Part shown: positions 7,711 to 17,069 of the stretch, piece after piece
Layout of the letters: the number at the start of each line of letters is the position of its first letter
How positions within the stretch are numbered: position 1 is the stretch's first letter
Origin: Crocinitomicaceae bacterium
Lineage (GTDB): Bacteria; Bacteroidota; Bacteroidia; Flavobacteriales_D; Crocinitomicaceae
Assembly: GCA_044353285.1 (NCBI GenBank)
Contig: JBILCD010000001.1
Coordinates: forward strand, 1-47,517
Reading direction: 5' to 3'
Length of the DNA: 47,517 nt
Notes under the pieces: generated by a model
Told to the model about the DNA's origin: nothing
The model's database searches: none
What the model saw: only the letters and a program-made list of their open reading frames with translations
Made by a program: the position numbers and the translations under genes

Positions 7711-9159
7711 ATGAAACGCATTAAAATTAAGCATGTTTTAAGTAGTGATGGGAAAGAGCTCATTGGACAACGCATTACCGTTAAAGGCTGGGTAAGAGCT
7801 TTTAGAAGCAATCGATTTATTCAAATTAATGATGGCTCATGTTTGGCTAATATTCAAGCAGTGATTGATTTCGAAAAATACGATGGCGACATTATAAAGC
7901 AAATTACCACTGCTGCGGCAGTTTCTGTTTCTGGCTTATTAATCGCCTCTATCGGATCGGAGCAATCCCTTGAATTACAAGTGGAGGAAATAGAAATTCT
8001 TGGTGCTGCTCATCCTGATGATGTGCAAAAAACAATCTTGCAACCAAAAAAACATAGCTTAGAATTATTAAGAGAACAGGCCCATTTAAGGTTTCGAACC
8101 AATACCTTTAGTGCTGTTTTTAGAATTCGCCATGCCGTAGCTTATGCTATACATCATTATTTTCACAGTAATGGATTTTTTTACCTCCACACACCCATTA
8201 TTACAGGTTCCGATGCTGAGGGCGCAGGAGAGATGTTTAGAGTTTCTACTCTTGATCCTAAATTCCCCCCGCTAAACGAAGCTGGAGAAGTTGATTATAA
8301 ACAAGACTTTTTTGGCAAGCCTGTTAACCTTACTGTTTCTGGTCAATTAGAGGCAGAGCTTGCTGCCCTAGCACTTGGACAAGTATATACTTTTGGACCT
8401 ACCTTTCGTGCCGAAAACTCAAATACTTCTCGGCACCTTGCTGAATTTTGGATGATTGAACCTGAGGTTGCATTCAATGACCTGACTGATAACATGGACC
8501 TCACCGAAGATTTCTTGAAATATCTTTGCTCGTTTGTTGTCGAAAATTGTAAAGAGGATCTATCCTTCCTCAACCAACGTGAGCAGCAAGAGCAAAGTCA
8601 GAAACCCCTTAACGAACGTAACGAGTTGAGCTTAGTTGAACGCTTAAAATTCGTTATTGAAAACCCTTTTAAAAGACTTACCTACTCTGAAGCAATTGAG
8701 GTGCTTTTAAATTCAAACCACCACAAAAAGAAAAAATTTCAATATCCTATTGCGTGGGGAATTGACCTTCAAAGTGAACACGAACGTTATTTAGTTGAAA
8801 AAGAATTTAAGTGTCCTGTTATACTTTCTAATTATCCCGCTGAGATAAAAGCGTTTTACATGCGTCAAAATGACGACAATAAAACCGTTTCTGCTATGGA
8901 TGTTTTATTTCCAGGTATTGGAGAAATCGTAGGTGGCTCTCAGCGCGAAGAGCGATATGATGTTTTATTGGAGAAGTGCAAGGCGTTTAAAATTCCGGAA
9001 GAGGAGTTGTGGTGGTACCTTCAAACGCGAAAATTAGGCACTGTGCCACATGCTGGTTTTGGCCTAGGATTTGAGCGCATGATTATGTTTGTCACCGGGA
9101 TGAGCAACATTAGAGATGTTATTCCATTTCCGAGGACCCCATTAAATGCTTCTTTTTAA
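7711..9159 (+). CDS. asnS: asparagine--tRNA ligase
   Basis: Class IIb aaRS with an N-terminal OB fold (ITVKGWVRAFRSNRFIQINDGS), motif 2 FRAENSNTSRHLAEFWMIEPE and motif 3 GFGLGFERM. Its 482 aa length is typical of AsnRS. Confidence 0.95.
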   Translation: MKRIKIKHVLSSDGKELIGQRITVKGWVRAFRSNRFIQINDGSCLANIQAVIDFEKYDGDIIKQITTAAAVSVSGLLIASIGSEQSLELQVEEIEILGAAHPDDVQKTILQPKKHSLELLREQAHLRFRTNTFSAVFRIRHAVAYAIHHYFHSNGFFYLHTPIITGSDAEGAGEMFRVSTLDPKFPPLNEAGEVDYKQDFFGKPVNLTVSGQLEAELAALALGQVYTFGPTFRAENSNTSRHLAEFWMIEPEVAFNDLTDNMDLTEDFLKYLCSFVVENCKEDLSFLNQREQQEQSQKPLNERNELSLVERLKFVIENPFKRLTYSEAIEVLLNSNHHKKKKFQYPIAWGIDLQSEHERYLVEKEFKCPVILSNYPAEIKAFYMRQNDDNKTVSAMDVLFPGIGEIVGGSQREERYDVLLEKCKAFKIPEEELWWYLQTRKLGTVPHAGFGLGFERMIMFVTGMSNIRDVIPFPRTPLNASF

Positions 9160-9163
9160 CATT

Positions 9164-10600
9164 ATGGCACTAAAGCAATATTTATCGCAAAAAACAGAAC
9201 AGCGTTTATCGCCGCAACAAATTCAATTAATGAAATTATTGCAGGTGCCAACCCTAGAATTAGACCAGCGCATTAAACAGGAATTAGAAGAAAATCCTGC
9301 TCTTGAAGAAGGGACAGAATCTGACGATGATGATTTTGAGCAAGAAGATGACGAGGATGGAGAGGAAGAGGAATTTGATATCTCAGATTATTTTGATGAG
9401 GATGTTGCCGACTACAAAACACAAGCGAATAACACCTCCAAAGACGATGAAGAACGAGTAGTTCCATTATCAGGAGAAACAAGTTTTCAAGAAAAACTTA
9501 GTGAACAACTACATTTAATTGCCCTTGATGACAACCAATTTCTCATTGCTGATATTTTAATCGGAAATCTCGACGAATCCGGTTATTTGAATAGAAATCT
9601 CAACGCTTTAGTTGATGATCTTGCCTTTTCGCTTAATATCGAAACAACTGAAGCAGAGATTGAGGTTGTTCTTTTGCTCCTTCAATCACTCGATCCTGCA
9701 GGCATTGGCGCAAGAAATTTAAGAGAGTGTTTATTAATTCAAATTAATCGACGGCAAGACAAATCATTATCACGACAAAGGGCTAAAATAATCTTAGAAC
9801 TTTATTTTGAAGAATTTACAAAGAAACACTATGAGAAAATTGCTAAGAAATTAAACATTAGCGATCAAGAATTAAAATCATCAATAGATGAAATATTAAA
9901 ATTAAACCCGAAACCTGGTGGGTCAACGAAAGATTCAGCAAAAAACCACCAACAGATTATCCCCGATTTTATTTTAGTAGAAAATGAAGGGGAACTTGAG
10001 CTTACTCTTAATAGCCGTAATGCCCCTGAATTAAAAATTAGTAAAGAATACCAGAACATGTTACGTTCTTATTCTGAGGGTGCTAAAACTTCAAAAGCTG
10101 ATAAACAAGCGGTAACCTTTGTAAAACACAAATTAGATAGTGCGCTTTGGTTTATTGATGCCATTAAACAAAGACAACAAACGCTATTATTAACAATGAA
10201 TGCCATCATGCGGTATCAAGAAGCCTTTTTTCTGGCTGGTGACGACACGAAGCTAAAACCTATGATATTAAAGGATATTGCAGAAATTGTTTCTCTGGAT
10301 ATCTCGACCGTATCACGAGTGGCAAATAGTAAATATGTGCAGACAAATTTTGGGGTTTTTTCATTAAAATATTTCTTCTCTGAATCTTTATCTACCGATT
10401 CAGGAGAAGAGGTGTCAACTAGGGAAGTGAAGCAAATTTTATTAGATGCTATAGAAAGTGAGGATAAGCGAAACCCTCTTCCAGACGAAAAACTCATGGC
10501 CCTATTAAACGAGAAAGGATATAATATTGCGCGTAGGACTGTGGCTAAATATCGTGAACAGCTAAACCTTCCTGTAGCTCGTATGCGCAAGAAACTTTAA
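9164..10600 (+). CDS. rpoN: RNA polymerase sigma-54 factor
   Basis: The N-terminus MALKQYLSQKTEQRLSPQQIQLMKLLQ is region I. An acidic region II follows (DDDDFEQEDDEDGEEEE). The C-terminal RpoN box is ARRTVAKYREQL. I prefer ATG 9164, 4 nt after the asnS stop, over ORF-track start 9146, which overlaps asnS. Confidence 0.93.
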   Translation: MALKQYLSQKTEQRLSPQQIQLMKLLQVPTLELDQRIKQELEENPALEEGTESDDDDFEQEDDEDGEEEEFDISDYFDEDVADYKTQANNTSKDDEERVVPLSGETSFQEKLSEQLHLIALDDNQFLIADILIGNLDESGYLNRNLNALVDDLAFSLNIETTEAEIEVVLLLLQSLDPAGIGARNLRECLLIQINRRQDKSLSRQRAKIILELYFEEFTKKHYEKIAKKLNISDQELKSSIDEILKLNPKPGGSTKDSAKNHQQIIPDFILVENEGELELTLNSRNAPELKISKEYQNMLRSYSEGAKTSKADKQAVTFVKHKLDSALWFIDAIKQRQQTLLLTMNAIMRYQEAFFLAGDDTKLKPMILKDIAEIVSLDISTVSRVANSKYVQTNFGVFSLKYFFSESLSTDSGEEVSTREVKQILLDAIESEDKRNPLPDEKLMALLNEKGYNIARRTVAKYREQLNLPVARMRKKL

Positions 10601-11250
10601 TGATGAAAATACTATCACACATTTTGTCATGGGTTTTTTTACCCTTATTTATGCCTGTTTATGCATTACTAATTGGCCTATACTATCCTTCCAACTCCGT
10701 TCTTTATTCAGCATACACCATGTCTAATTTACCTGCAGAAGTAAAGTCTCAGTTGTTCTGGGTTTTTTTTATTTTCAGTTGCGCCGCCCCTGGAATATCC
10801 TTTATAATGCTCCGTAATAAAAACATTATCAACACGATAGATATGGAAAATGCAAAAGAAAGAAGCGTTCCATTAATTATCATGGTGGGGTATTGCGCCA
10901 TCATGTATGCCTTGTTTTTGTATAAAGCGCCAAATGGGGTGTTGCCCAAATATTTTTATGCTCTTCCTTTGTCGGGAATACTCGTTGCAAGTTTGTTTCT
11001 GTGGATTAATCAAAGGATAAAGATATCAATGCATGCTGGCGGAGGAGGTGTTTTATGCGGATTCCTTGTGGCTTTTTATAGTGTGCATAGTCCTGCGCCT
11101 TTACTGCTGATTATTGGCGCTTTCTTAGTCTCCGGATTAACAATTTCTGCAAGATTATATTTAGAAAAACACCGCCCAATAGAAGTTTATTCCGGATGGC
11201 TGTTTGCTTTCTTTATAACGTTTTGTTGTAATTGGTTTTATCCTGGATAA
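10600..11250 (+). CDS. polytopic membrane protein, possibly a divergent PAP2-like phosphatase
   Basis: About six hydrophobic helices. Weak PAP2-like motifs are present: KERSVP (C1-like), SMHAGG (C2, PSGH-like) and SARLYLEKHRPIEV (C3, SRxxxxxHxxxD-like with E for D). The ATG shares one base with the rpoN TAA (TAATG). Confidence 0.4.
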   Translation: MMKILSHILSWVFLPLFMPVYALLIGLYYPSNSVLYSAYTMSNLPAEVKSQLFWVFFIFSCAAPGISFIMLRNKNIINTIDMENAKERSVPLIIMVGYCAIMYALFLYKAPNGVLPKYFYALPLSGILVASLFLWINQRIKISMHAGGGGVLCGFLVAFYSVHSPAPLLLIIGAFLVSGLTISARLYLEKHRPIEVYSGWLFAFFITFCCNWFYPG

Positions 11251-11257
11251 TTAACCA

Positions 11258-13102
11258 CTACTCCACCGTTACCGACTTGGCTAAATTTCGAGGCTGGTCT
11301 ACATTGCAACCCCTCATTACGGCTATATGGTAAGAAAGTAACTGAAACGGTATGGTTGCCAATAAAGGCACTAAAAACTCATTCGTTTCGGGTATTTCAA
11401 TCACGTGATCCGCCATTGCTCGAACTTGCTCATCGCCCTCTGTGACAACAGCAATAACCTTCCCTTTTCTCGCTTTGACTTCTTGAATATTGGACACTAC
11501 TTTTTCATAGGATTTCCCCTTGGTGGCCACTACGAAAATTGGCATGTTTTCATCAATTAAAGCAATCGGTCCGTGCTTCATTTCTGCTGCAGGGTAGCCC
11601 TCAGCATGAATATAAGAAATCTCTTTAAGTTTTAGCGCCCCCTCTAATGCAACAGGAAAGGAACTTCCGCGACCAAGGTATAGAGCATTTGATGCATCTT
11701 TATACTCTCTAGCAATTTGTTCAATCAACGCATTCGATTCTAAGACTTTTTTAACCTTATTTGGGATTTCTTCCAATTCTGCTAGTAAAATTCGGAATTC
11801 CGATTCGGAAACAGTTCCTTTTTTATGTCCTAAAGAGAGCGCCATAAGTATTAAAACGGTAACCTGAGCGGTAAATGCTTTTGTGGATGCCACCCCTATT
11901 TCGGGACCAGCATGGGTATATGAGCCGGCATGGGTGATCCGTGAAATTGATGAACCTACCACATTGCATATTCCTAATATTGTTGCGCCTTTGGATTTTG
12001 CCAGCTCTAGAGCGGCCATCGTATCGGCTGTTTCTCCAGATTGAGAAATAGCAATTACCACATCATTTTCGGTCAATATCGGATTTCGATACCGAAATTC
12101 ACTCGCGTACTCAACCTCAACATTAATCCGAGCTAAATCTTCAATTAAATATTCTCCCACCAATGCAGCATGCCAAGAGGTTCCGCAAGCAATAAGAATT
12201 AATCGATTGGCCTGAATCATTTTTTGCTCGTAATCTTTAATTCCTCCTAAAGACACCCAGCCCTCTTGGGCATTTAGGCGACCGCGAAAACAATCTTGAA
12301 TCGATCGGGGCTGCTCGTTAATCTCTTTCAACATAAAATGTTCATATCCCCCTTTCTCCAATGCCTCCAACTCAAGTTCAAGCTGTTGAATGTAAGGTGT
12401 TTTTTCTTGATCTGAGATGTTGTATATTTTTAATTCCTCTCCTAATTTAATGACAGCGATTTCCTCATCCTCCAAATAAACAACCTGTTTTGTATATTCT
12501 ACAATTGGAGTAGCGTCTGAAGCCAAATAAAAATCTCCCGTTGCTCCTATCCCTACCACAAGCGGACTACTCTTACGCGCAGCAACCATTTGATTCGGAA
12601 AGTTTTTTGAAATAGCTACAATAGCATAGGCTCCAACTACATTTAAAAGTGCTAAACGCAAGGCCTCTCCAAACCAAACATTTTCTTTCTTGCTAATAAA
12701 ATCAACTAAATGAACAAGTACTTCCGTATCTGTTTCGCTTTTAAATAAATACCCTTGCCTAACTAACTCTTGCTTTAAGGCATCGTAGTTTTCAATAATT
12801 CCGTTATGGATAAGTGCTATTGAACCATCCATGGAAACATGGGGGTGAGCGTTCGTGTCAGTTGGAAGTCCGTGAGTGGCCCAACGCGTGTGACCTATAC
12901 CTGAATTTCCCGCATGATCTTGATCAAGCATAAACTCCTCCAAATTACTGACCTTGCCTGCTTTTTTAAAAACGTTTAGTTTATCTTGGTTGATTAATGC
13001 AATTCCTGCACTGTCATATCCACGATATTCGAGCCGCTTTAATCCTTTTAAGATAATAGGATACGCTTCTTTTTTTCCAATATATGCTACAATTCCACAC
13101 AT
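11258..13102 (-). CDS. glmS: glutamine--fructose-6-phosphate aminotransferase (isomerizing)
   Basis: The N-terminus MCGIVAYIG has the catalytic Cys2. There are two SIS domains (ACGTSWHA, GRGSSFP) and a C-terminal KSVTVE. Length is 614 aa. Confidence 0.97.
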   Translation of the reverse strand: MCGIVAYIGKKEAYPIILKGLKRLEYRGYDSAGIALINQDKLNVFKKAGKVSNLEEFMLDQDHAGNSGIGHTRWATHGLPTDTNAHPHVSMDGSIALIHNGIIENYDALKQELVRQGYLFKSETDTEVLVHLVDFISKKENVWFGEALRLALLNVVGAYAIVAISKNFPNQMVAARKSSPLVVGIGATGDFYLASDATPIVEYTKQVVYLEDEEIAVIKLGEELKIYNISDQEKTPYIQQLELELEALEKGGYEHFMLKEINEQPRSIQDCFRGRLNAQEGWVSLGGIKDYEQKMIQANRLILIACGTSWHAALVGEYLIEDLARINVEVEYASEFRYRNPILTENDVVIAISQSGETADTMAALELAKSKGATILGICNVVGSSISRITHAGSYTHAGPEIGVASTKAFTAQVTVLILMALSLGHKKGTVSESEFRILLAELEEIPNKVKKVLESNALIEQIAREYKDASNALYLGRGSSFPVALEGALKLKEISYIHAEGYPAAEMKHGPIALIDENMPIFVVATKGKSYEKVVSNIQEVKARKGKVIAVVTEGDEQVRAMADHVIEIPETNEFLVPLLATIPFQLLSYHIAVMRGCNVDQPRNLAKSVTVE

Positions 13103-13105
13103 ACA

Positions 13106-14395
13106 TTAATATGTTGTATACGTTACTACTAAACGGGGGGCAAACTTATTGTTTGTGTTTTTGCCATTAAAAACAATTCTTTCGGATGAATTAATAAAAA
13201 ACCTCGGCGAAAGAATCAATCCCGTATTTTCTATGTCCTTATTTATTATGGCTTGCACATATTGCTTAATATCAACCTTAAATTCTTTATTAAATTCATC
13301 GAAAGCTCCGAGGACTCCCAAATTCGTATATAGATCGGTCGATTCTTTTGTGCGAGTGGCTACAGAAATATTCGTTCCAGGTTTATACCTGTAAAAACTT
13401 TGATACTGAACGGGTAAATGAAGGTCTGCACGGTGAATGAGAAAGTTGTTTTTTAAATTGTCTAAGCCGGGTATTTTTACAATCGCGCGTAAATTAAACG
13501 CTTGTGCATAAAACGCATTGCTTCCAAGTGTGCTGTCTTGAAGCGTTTGCTGAATTACCGTGCCTGAAAAATCCTTGTCAATGTGCGTAAAGTCAGCGCA
13601 AGAGCTGTTTAGAAGCAATTCAAAAGTCTTCTGAACTGTGCCCTGATGAAAATAAACGGTCATTTTTGATGCAGCATCATTTAAATTAAAATAAAATGTC
13701 GCGCCATTACCTGCCGCTTGAACCCCATTATTTGTTTGAATTTTAATGCCTTTAAAATAGGTGAGAAATGCTTCATTGCTGCCAAACGTTGTGCTCCCAC
13801 TTGTTGCTTCAGTAATAAGCGTACGCGCTAAATTTGTATCTAATGGAATTCTTAATTGGGGACTTAGGCTGTCGCCTCCCACTATTGTTTTATTGATGGG
13901 ATCCGGAGTAATCGTCCCCATTCCGAAAGGAACTAAATTTGTTGGCTTTGTGGCTTTTGTAGTAAAGGCATAATAGGTCGAATCAATGTTGAGGTCTTCA
14001 TTTAGCTCATACACTTCAAATGTTTGGGGCGTTAGGTCGCCGTAATATCCAACATACTTTAGCGATAAAACAAATGAGTCTATAACAATTGTGGCAGGGT
14101 CGCCAAAGTTTGGATTAATTCCAGCTAAACGAATTTGAGTGTAAATTGAGGCATCAACTTTTCCAAAAACCGGATCGTTGTAGCTCCCCAAAACAACATT
14201 AGAAGCATTGTCTGTTACTATCGAATCTTCTATTATTGAATAAGAAATGATGTCGAAGGTGTCGGTTGTAGTGCCTGATAAATAGGAGTCACTGTTCAAT
14301 AAATCCTTCCCTAATGCATTTTCTTTTTTCTTACACGAGACAATAAATATGGCGCTGATTGCTATTATCAAGCATGAAAAATAGGCTTTTTTCAT
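13106..14395 (-). CDS. DUF4270-like lipoprotein (Bacteroidota-specific, function unknown)
   Basis: Signal peptide plus lipobox (AIFIVSCKKKE). It sits between a glycogen-synthase-like gene and glmS, which matches the conserved Bacteroidota context I recall for DUF4270. Its stop is 3 nt before the glmS ATG. Confidence 0.55.
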   Translation of the reverse strand: MKKAYFSCLIIAISAIFIVSCKKKENALGKDLLNSDSYLSGTTTDTFDIISYSIIEDSIVTDNASNVVLGSYNDPVFGKVDASIYTQIRLAGINPNFGDPATIVIDSFVLSLKYVGYYGDLTPQTFEVYELNEDLNIDSTYYAFTTKATKPTNLVPFGMGTITPDPINKTIVGGDSLSPQLRIPLDTNLARTLITEATSGSTTFGSNEAFLTYFKGIKIQTNNGVQAAGNGATFYFNLNDAASKMTVYFHQGTVQKTFELLLNSSCADFTHIDKDFSGTVIQQTLQDSTLGSNAFYAQAFNLRAIVKIPGLDNLKNNFLIHRADLHLPVQYQSFYRYKPGTNISVATRTKESTDLYTNLGVLGAFDEFNKEFKVDIKQYVQAIINKDIENTGLILSPRFFINSSERIVFNGKNTNNKFAPRLVVTYTTY

Positions 14396-14412
14396 TGAAA
14401 TAATGATGAGAA

Positions 14413-15234
14413 TTAAACAAGAATAGGTTCATCCACAACCTTGTCAATAAAGACAGAAAGCGCTTTAGCTTGCGCTTCCTCGGACGTAAAATCAAGTTTG
14501 TGCACGTTGGACGCATTATATATTTGCTGAATATCTGGGTGCAGTTCCTCTACGCCAATACTAAGGCCATCACAATGATCTGCAAATACTTTGGTGAGGT
14601 TTAAAAAGCTCGTGTCTTTTACGCTATCAGCTATCGCAACTGGAAATCCATCTAGTTTCAATTTTTCAGAAAATCGTGGGCTCCAATCATTCGTAAATCG
14701 ATCGTTGAAAAAATTGTAAACAACTTTTGTTGACTTAAAATGTGGGTCTTTGTTGTAAATGTGCTTAATATATAAAGACATTAAACCCGTAAACGAGCCA
14801 TTGCAATGTATTAGGTCTGGCTGCCATCCTAATTTTTTTACTGTTTCTAATACGCCCCTGCAGAAAAACATCGCTCGTTCATCGTTATCCTCATAATCTT
14901 GATCGTTTTCATCTAATAACGTCGCCTTTCTTTTAAAATAATCATCGTTATCAATGAAATAAACTTGCATTTTAGCGGCGGAAACCGAGGCTACTTTTAT
15001 AATTAATGGGTGATCGTGGTCATCTATTGACAGGTTAAGTCCAGATAAACGAATTACTTCATGTAACTGGTGTCTCCGTTCGTTTATAACACTATATCTT
15101 GGAGAAAAAACCCTGATTTCTTTTCCACTCTCTTGGGTAATTTGAGGAAGGCGACGGGCTTGCGAAGAAACCTCTGACTTGGGTAAAAAGGGGTATATTT
15201 CCTGAGAAATAAATAACACTTTCTTTTTTTCCAT
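14413..15234 (-). CDS. half-size glycogen/starch synthase (GT5) homologue lacking the K-x-G-G-L motif
   Basis: KKVLFISQEIYPF aligns with the GT5 N-terminus (MKVLFVSSEVAPFAKTGGLADV), but the KTGGL position reads PKSEVSS. The 273 aa correspond only to the N-terminal Rossmann half. Confidence 0.6.
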   Translation of the reverse strand: MEKKKVLFISQEIYPFLPKSEVSSQARRLPQITQESGKEIRVFSPRYSVINERRHQLHEVIRLSGLNLSIDDHDHPLIIKVASVSAAKMQVYFIDNDDYFKRKATLLDENDQDYEDNDERAMFFCRGVLETVKKLGWQPDLIHCNGSFTGLMSLYIKHIYNKDPHFKSTKVVYNFFNDRFTNDWSPRFSEKLKLDGFPVAIADSVKDTSFLNLTKVFADHCDGLSIGVEELHPDIQQIYNASNVHKLDFTSEEAQAKALSVFIDKVVDEPILV

Positions 15235-15262
15235 TTAGCGCTTACTTACTTAATATTAGGTG

Positions 15263-15270
15263 CAAATTTA
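15263..15270 (-). promoter_or_regulatory. -7 promoter box TAAATTTG (minus strand) for the GT5-like/DUF4270/glmS operon
   Basis: Plus-strand CAAATTTA is the reverse complement of TAnnTTTG. It lies 28 nt upstream of the ATG at 15234. Confidence 0.45.
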
Positions 15271-15301
15271 CAATTAAATATGCGGTTTTCCTAAAAACCT
15301 A

Positions 15302-15309
15302 TAGCTTTG
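15302..15309 (+). promoter_or_regulatory. -7 promoter box TAGCTTTG for panC
   Basis: Exact TAnnTTTG match 17 nt upstream of the panC ATG (15327). Confidence 0.45.
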
Positions 15310-15326
15310 TTCTCACTAAAGTAATA

Positions 15327-16166
15327 ATGCCAGTGCTATTAACAACAATTGATAATTTAGTTTTTACCATTCGTTCACTAAAAAAGCAGGACAAGCGGAT
15401 TGGTTTCGTTCCAACAATGGGGGCACTTCATCAAGGACATTTATCTTTAATAAAGCAAGGACTTAGTGCTTGTGATGTTGTTGTGGTAAGTATTTTTGTT
15501 AATCCATTACAGTTTAATAATTCCGCGGATTTTAAGTCGTACCCCAATACCCTTGATGCAGACTTAAAACTCCTGGGATCCTTTCCAAATCTATCTGTCT
15601 TTGCGCCAACTTTTGATGAGCTGTTCCATGGACAAGAAAGTGACTTTAAAGTGGGGGTGGGAGAGGTCGCAACATTACTTGAGGGTGCTTGGCGGCCCGG
15701 ACACTTTGTTGGTGTAATACAAGTTGTTCATGCGCTATTTAGATTGGTTGAGCCTGACGCGGCTTTTTTTGGAGAGAAGGATTACCAACAACTCGCTATT
15801 ATAAAAATAATGGTGAGAAAACTCGGATTGCCGATTGAAATAATGGCGTGTCCTACACAGCGCTCACCTGAAGGACTGGCTATGAGTAGTAGAAATATGT
15901 TGCTTAATACTGAAGAAAAGCACCAAGCGCTGATCATTTGGGAAACCTTAAATTATATTAAAAACAAACAGGCTAACTATTCGCCGAAGCAGCTTCAAGA
16001 GCTTGGTAAAATATTTTTTAATTCCGGTCATTTACGCCTTGAATATTTAGAGATTGTGTGTGTCGATACCCTTCAACCCATTTCAGATTGGGAAACAAAA
16101 AGTATTTGTTGTATCGCTGCTTATTGCGGAAATACACGATTGATTGATAATTTAGTTCTCAATTAA
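15327..16166 (+). CDS. panC: pantoate--beta-alanine ligase
   Basis: GFVPTMGALHQGHLSL (HIGH-like motif), FVNPLQF and FGEKDYQQL are all present. Length is 279 aa. Confidence 0.93.
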   Translation: MPVLLTTIDNLVFTIRSLKKQDKRIGFVPTMGALHQGHLSLIKQGLSACDVVVVSIFVNPLQFNNSADFKSYPNTLDADLKLLGSFPNLSVFAPTFDELFHGQESDFKVGVGEVATLLEGAWRPGHFVGVIQVVHALFRLVEPDAAFFGEKDYQQLAIIKIMVRKLGLPIEIMACPTQRSPEGLAMSSRNMLLNTEEKHQALIIWETLNYIKNKQANYSPKQLQELGKIFFNSGHLRLEYLEIVCVDTLQPISDWETKSICCIAAYCGNTRLIDNLVLN

Positions 16167-16177
16167 TTGTTTTGCCT

Positions 16178-16185
16178 TAATTTTG
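16178..16185 (+). promoter_or_regulatory. possible internal -7 box TAATTTTG upstream of panD
   Basis: Exact TAnnTTTG match 18 nt upstream of the panD ATG in the 37-nt panC-panD gap. Confidence 0.3.
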
Positions 16186-16203
16186 GCGTAACTAATTATA
16201 ATC

Positions 16204-16557
16204 ATGCAAATACAAATTTTAAAATCAAAAATTCATCGTGTTCGCGTAACGCAAGCAGAACTAGATTACATTGGAAGCATCACTATTGATGAAAGGTTAA
16301 TGATTGCTGCTAATATTATCGAGGGGGAGCGCGTTCAGATTGTTAATGTAAATAACGGCGAGCGCTTCGAGACATATGTTATTAAGGGTGAGCCGAACAG
16401 TGGTAACATCTGTTTAAATGGTCCTGCAGCTAGGCGGGTTGCTATAAATGATATTATCATTATTCTTGGTTATGGCATTATGGACTTTGAAGAAGCTAAG
16501 CTGTTTAAGCCGGCACTCGTTTTTCCAAATGAAAAAACGAACTTATTAACTTCCTAA
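16204..16557 (+). CDS. panD: aspartate 1-decarboxylase (pyruvoyl-dependent)
   Basis: [23 protein letters not shown] contains the Gly-Ser self-cleavage site. Length is 117 aa. Confidence 0.93.
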   Translation: MQIQILKSKIHRVRVTQAELDYIGSITIDERLMIAANIIEGERVQIVNVNNGERFETYVIKGEPNSGNICLNGPAARRVAINDIIIILGYGIMDFEEAKLFKPALVFPNEKTNLLTS

Positions 16558-16559
16558 CT

Positions 16560-17069
16560 ATGATAAATCATTGGGAGCTCACTAAGTCAAAAATATTATC
16601 CTTAGAAGATGCCCTTGCGCTTACGAAAACACTAAAGAATCAAGGTAAAAAAATTGTTTTTACGAATGGTTGTTTCGATGTATTGCATCTTGGCCACGTA
16701 AGCTATTTGGCAAAAGCTGCATCGCTTGGCGACTGTCTTGTTGTAGCGCTAAATACAGACGCTTCTGTTCGGGCACTAAATAAGGCTCCTAATCGTCCTA
16801 TTCACGATGAAGATGCAAGGCGATTGGTAATTGCTAGCTTATCTTGTGTGGATGGCGTAATTCTTTTTGATGAAAACACGCCGTTAAACGCCATCGAAAC
16901 GCTTCTTCCAGATGTGTTGGTTAAAGGGGCTGACTATGACGCAAAGGAAGTAGATAAGAATTCGTCACGATACATCGTTGGATCAGATGTTGTTATCAAA
17001 AATGGTGGTGAAATCGCAACAATAGAATTTGTTGAAGGTCATTCAACAACCAATATATTAAGAAAGTGA
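16560..17069 (+). CDS. cytidylyltransferase-fold adenylyltransferase, RfaE domain II-like (D-glycero-beta-D-manno-heptose-1-phosphate adenylyltransferase-like)
   Basis: KKIVFTNGCFDVLHLGHVSYL carries the nucleotidyltransferase (H/T)xGH motif, and VKGADY is also present. Length is 169 aa. Confidence 0.8.
   Translation: MINHWELTKSKILSLEDALALTKTLKNQGKKIVFTNGCFDVLHLGHVSYLAKAASLGDCLVVALNTDASVRALNKAPNRPIHDEDARRLVIASLSCVDGVILFDENTPLNAIETLLPDVLVKGADYDAKEVDKNSSRYIVGSDVVIKNGGEIATIEFVEGHSTTNILRK

Noticed and set aside
11258-13108. A glmS ribozyme/riboswitch upstream of glmS.
   Set aside because: Only 3 nt separate the glmS ATG from the upstream DUF4270 stop, so there is no room for a ~170-nt ribozyme. 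That element is also characteristic of Firmicutes rather than Bacteroidota.
17058-17069. Convergent 3'-end overlaps: the rfaE-like gene with crtYcd (12 nt) and kynU with purN (7 nt, 22477-22483), as possible antisense regulation.
   Set aside because: Short tail-to-tail overlaps are common in compact genomes. No terminator hairpin or other signal suggests a specific mechanism.
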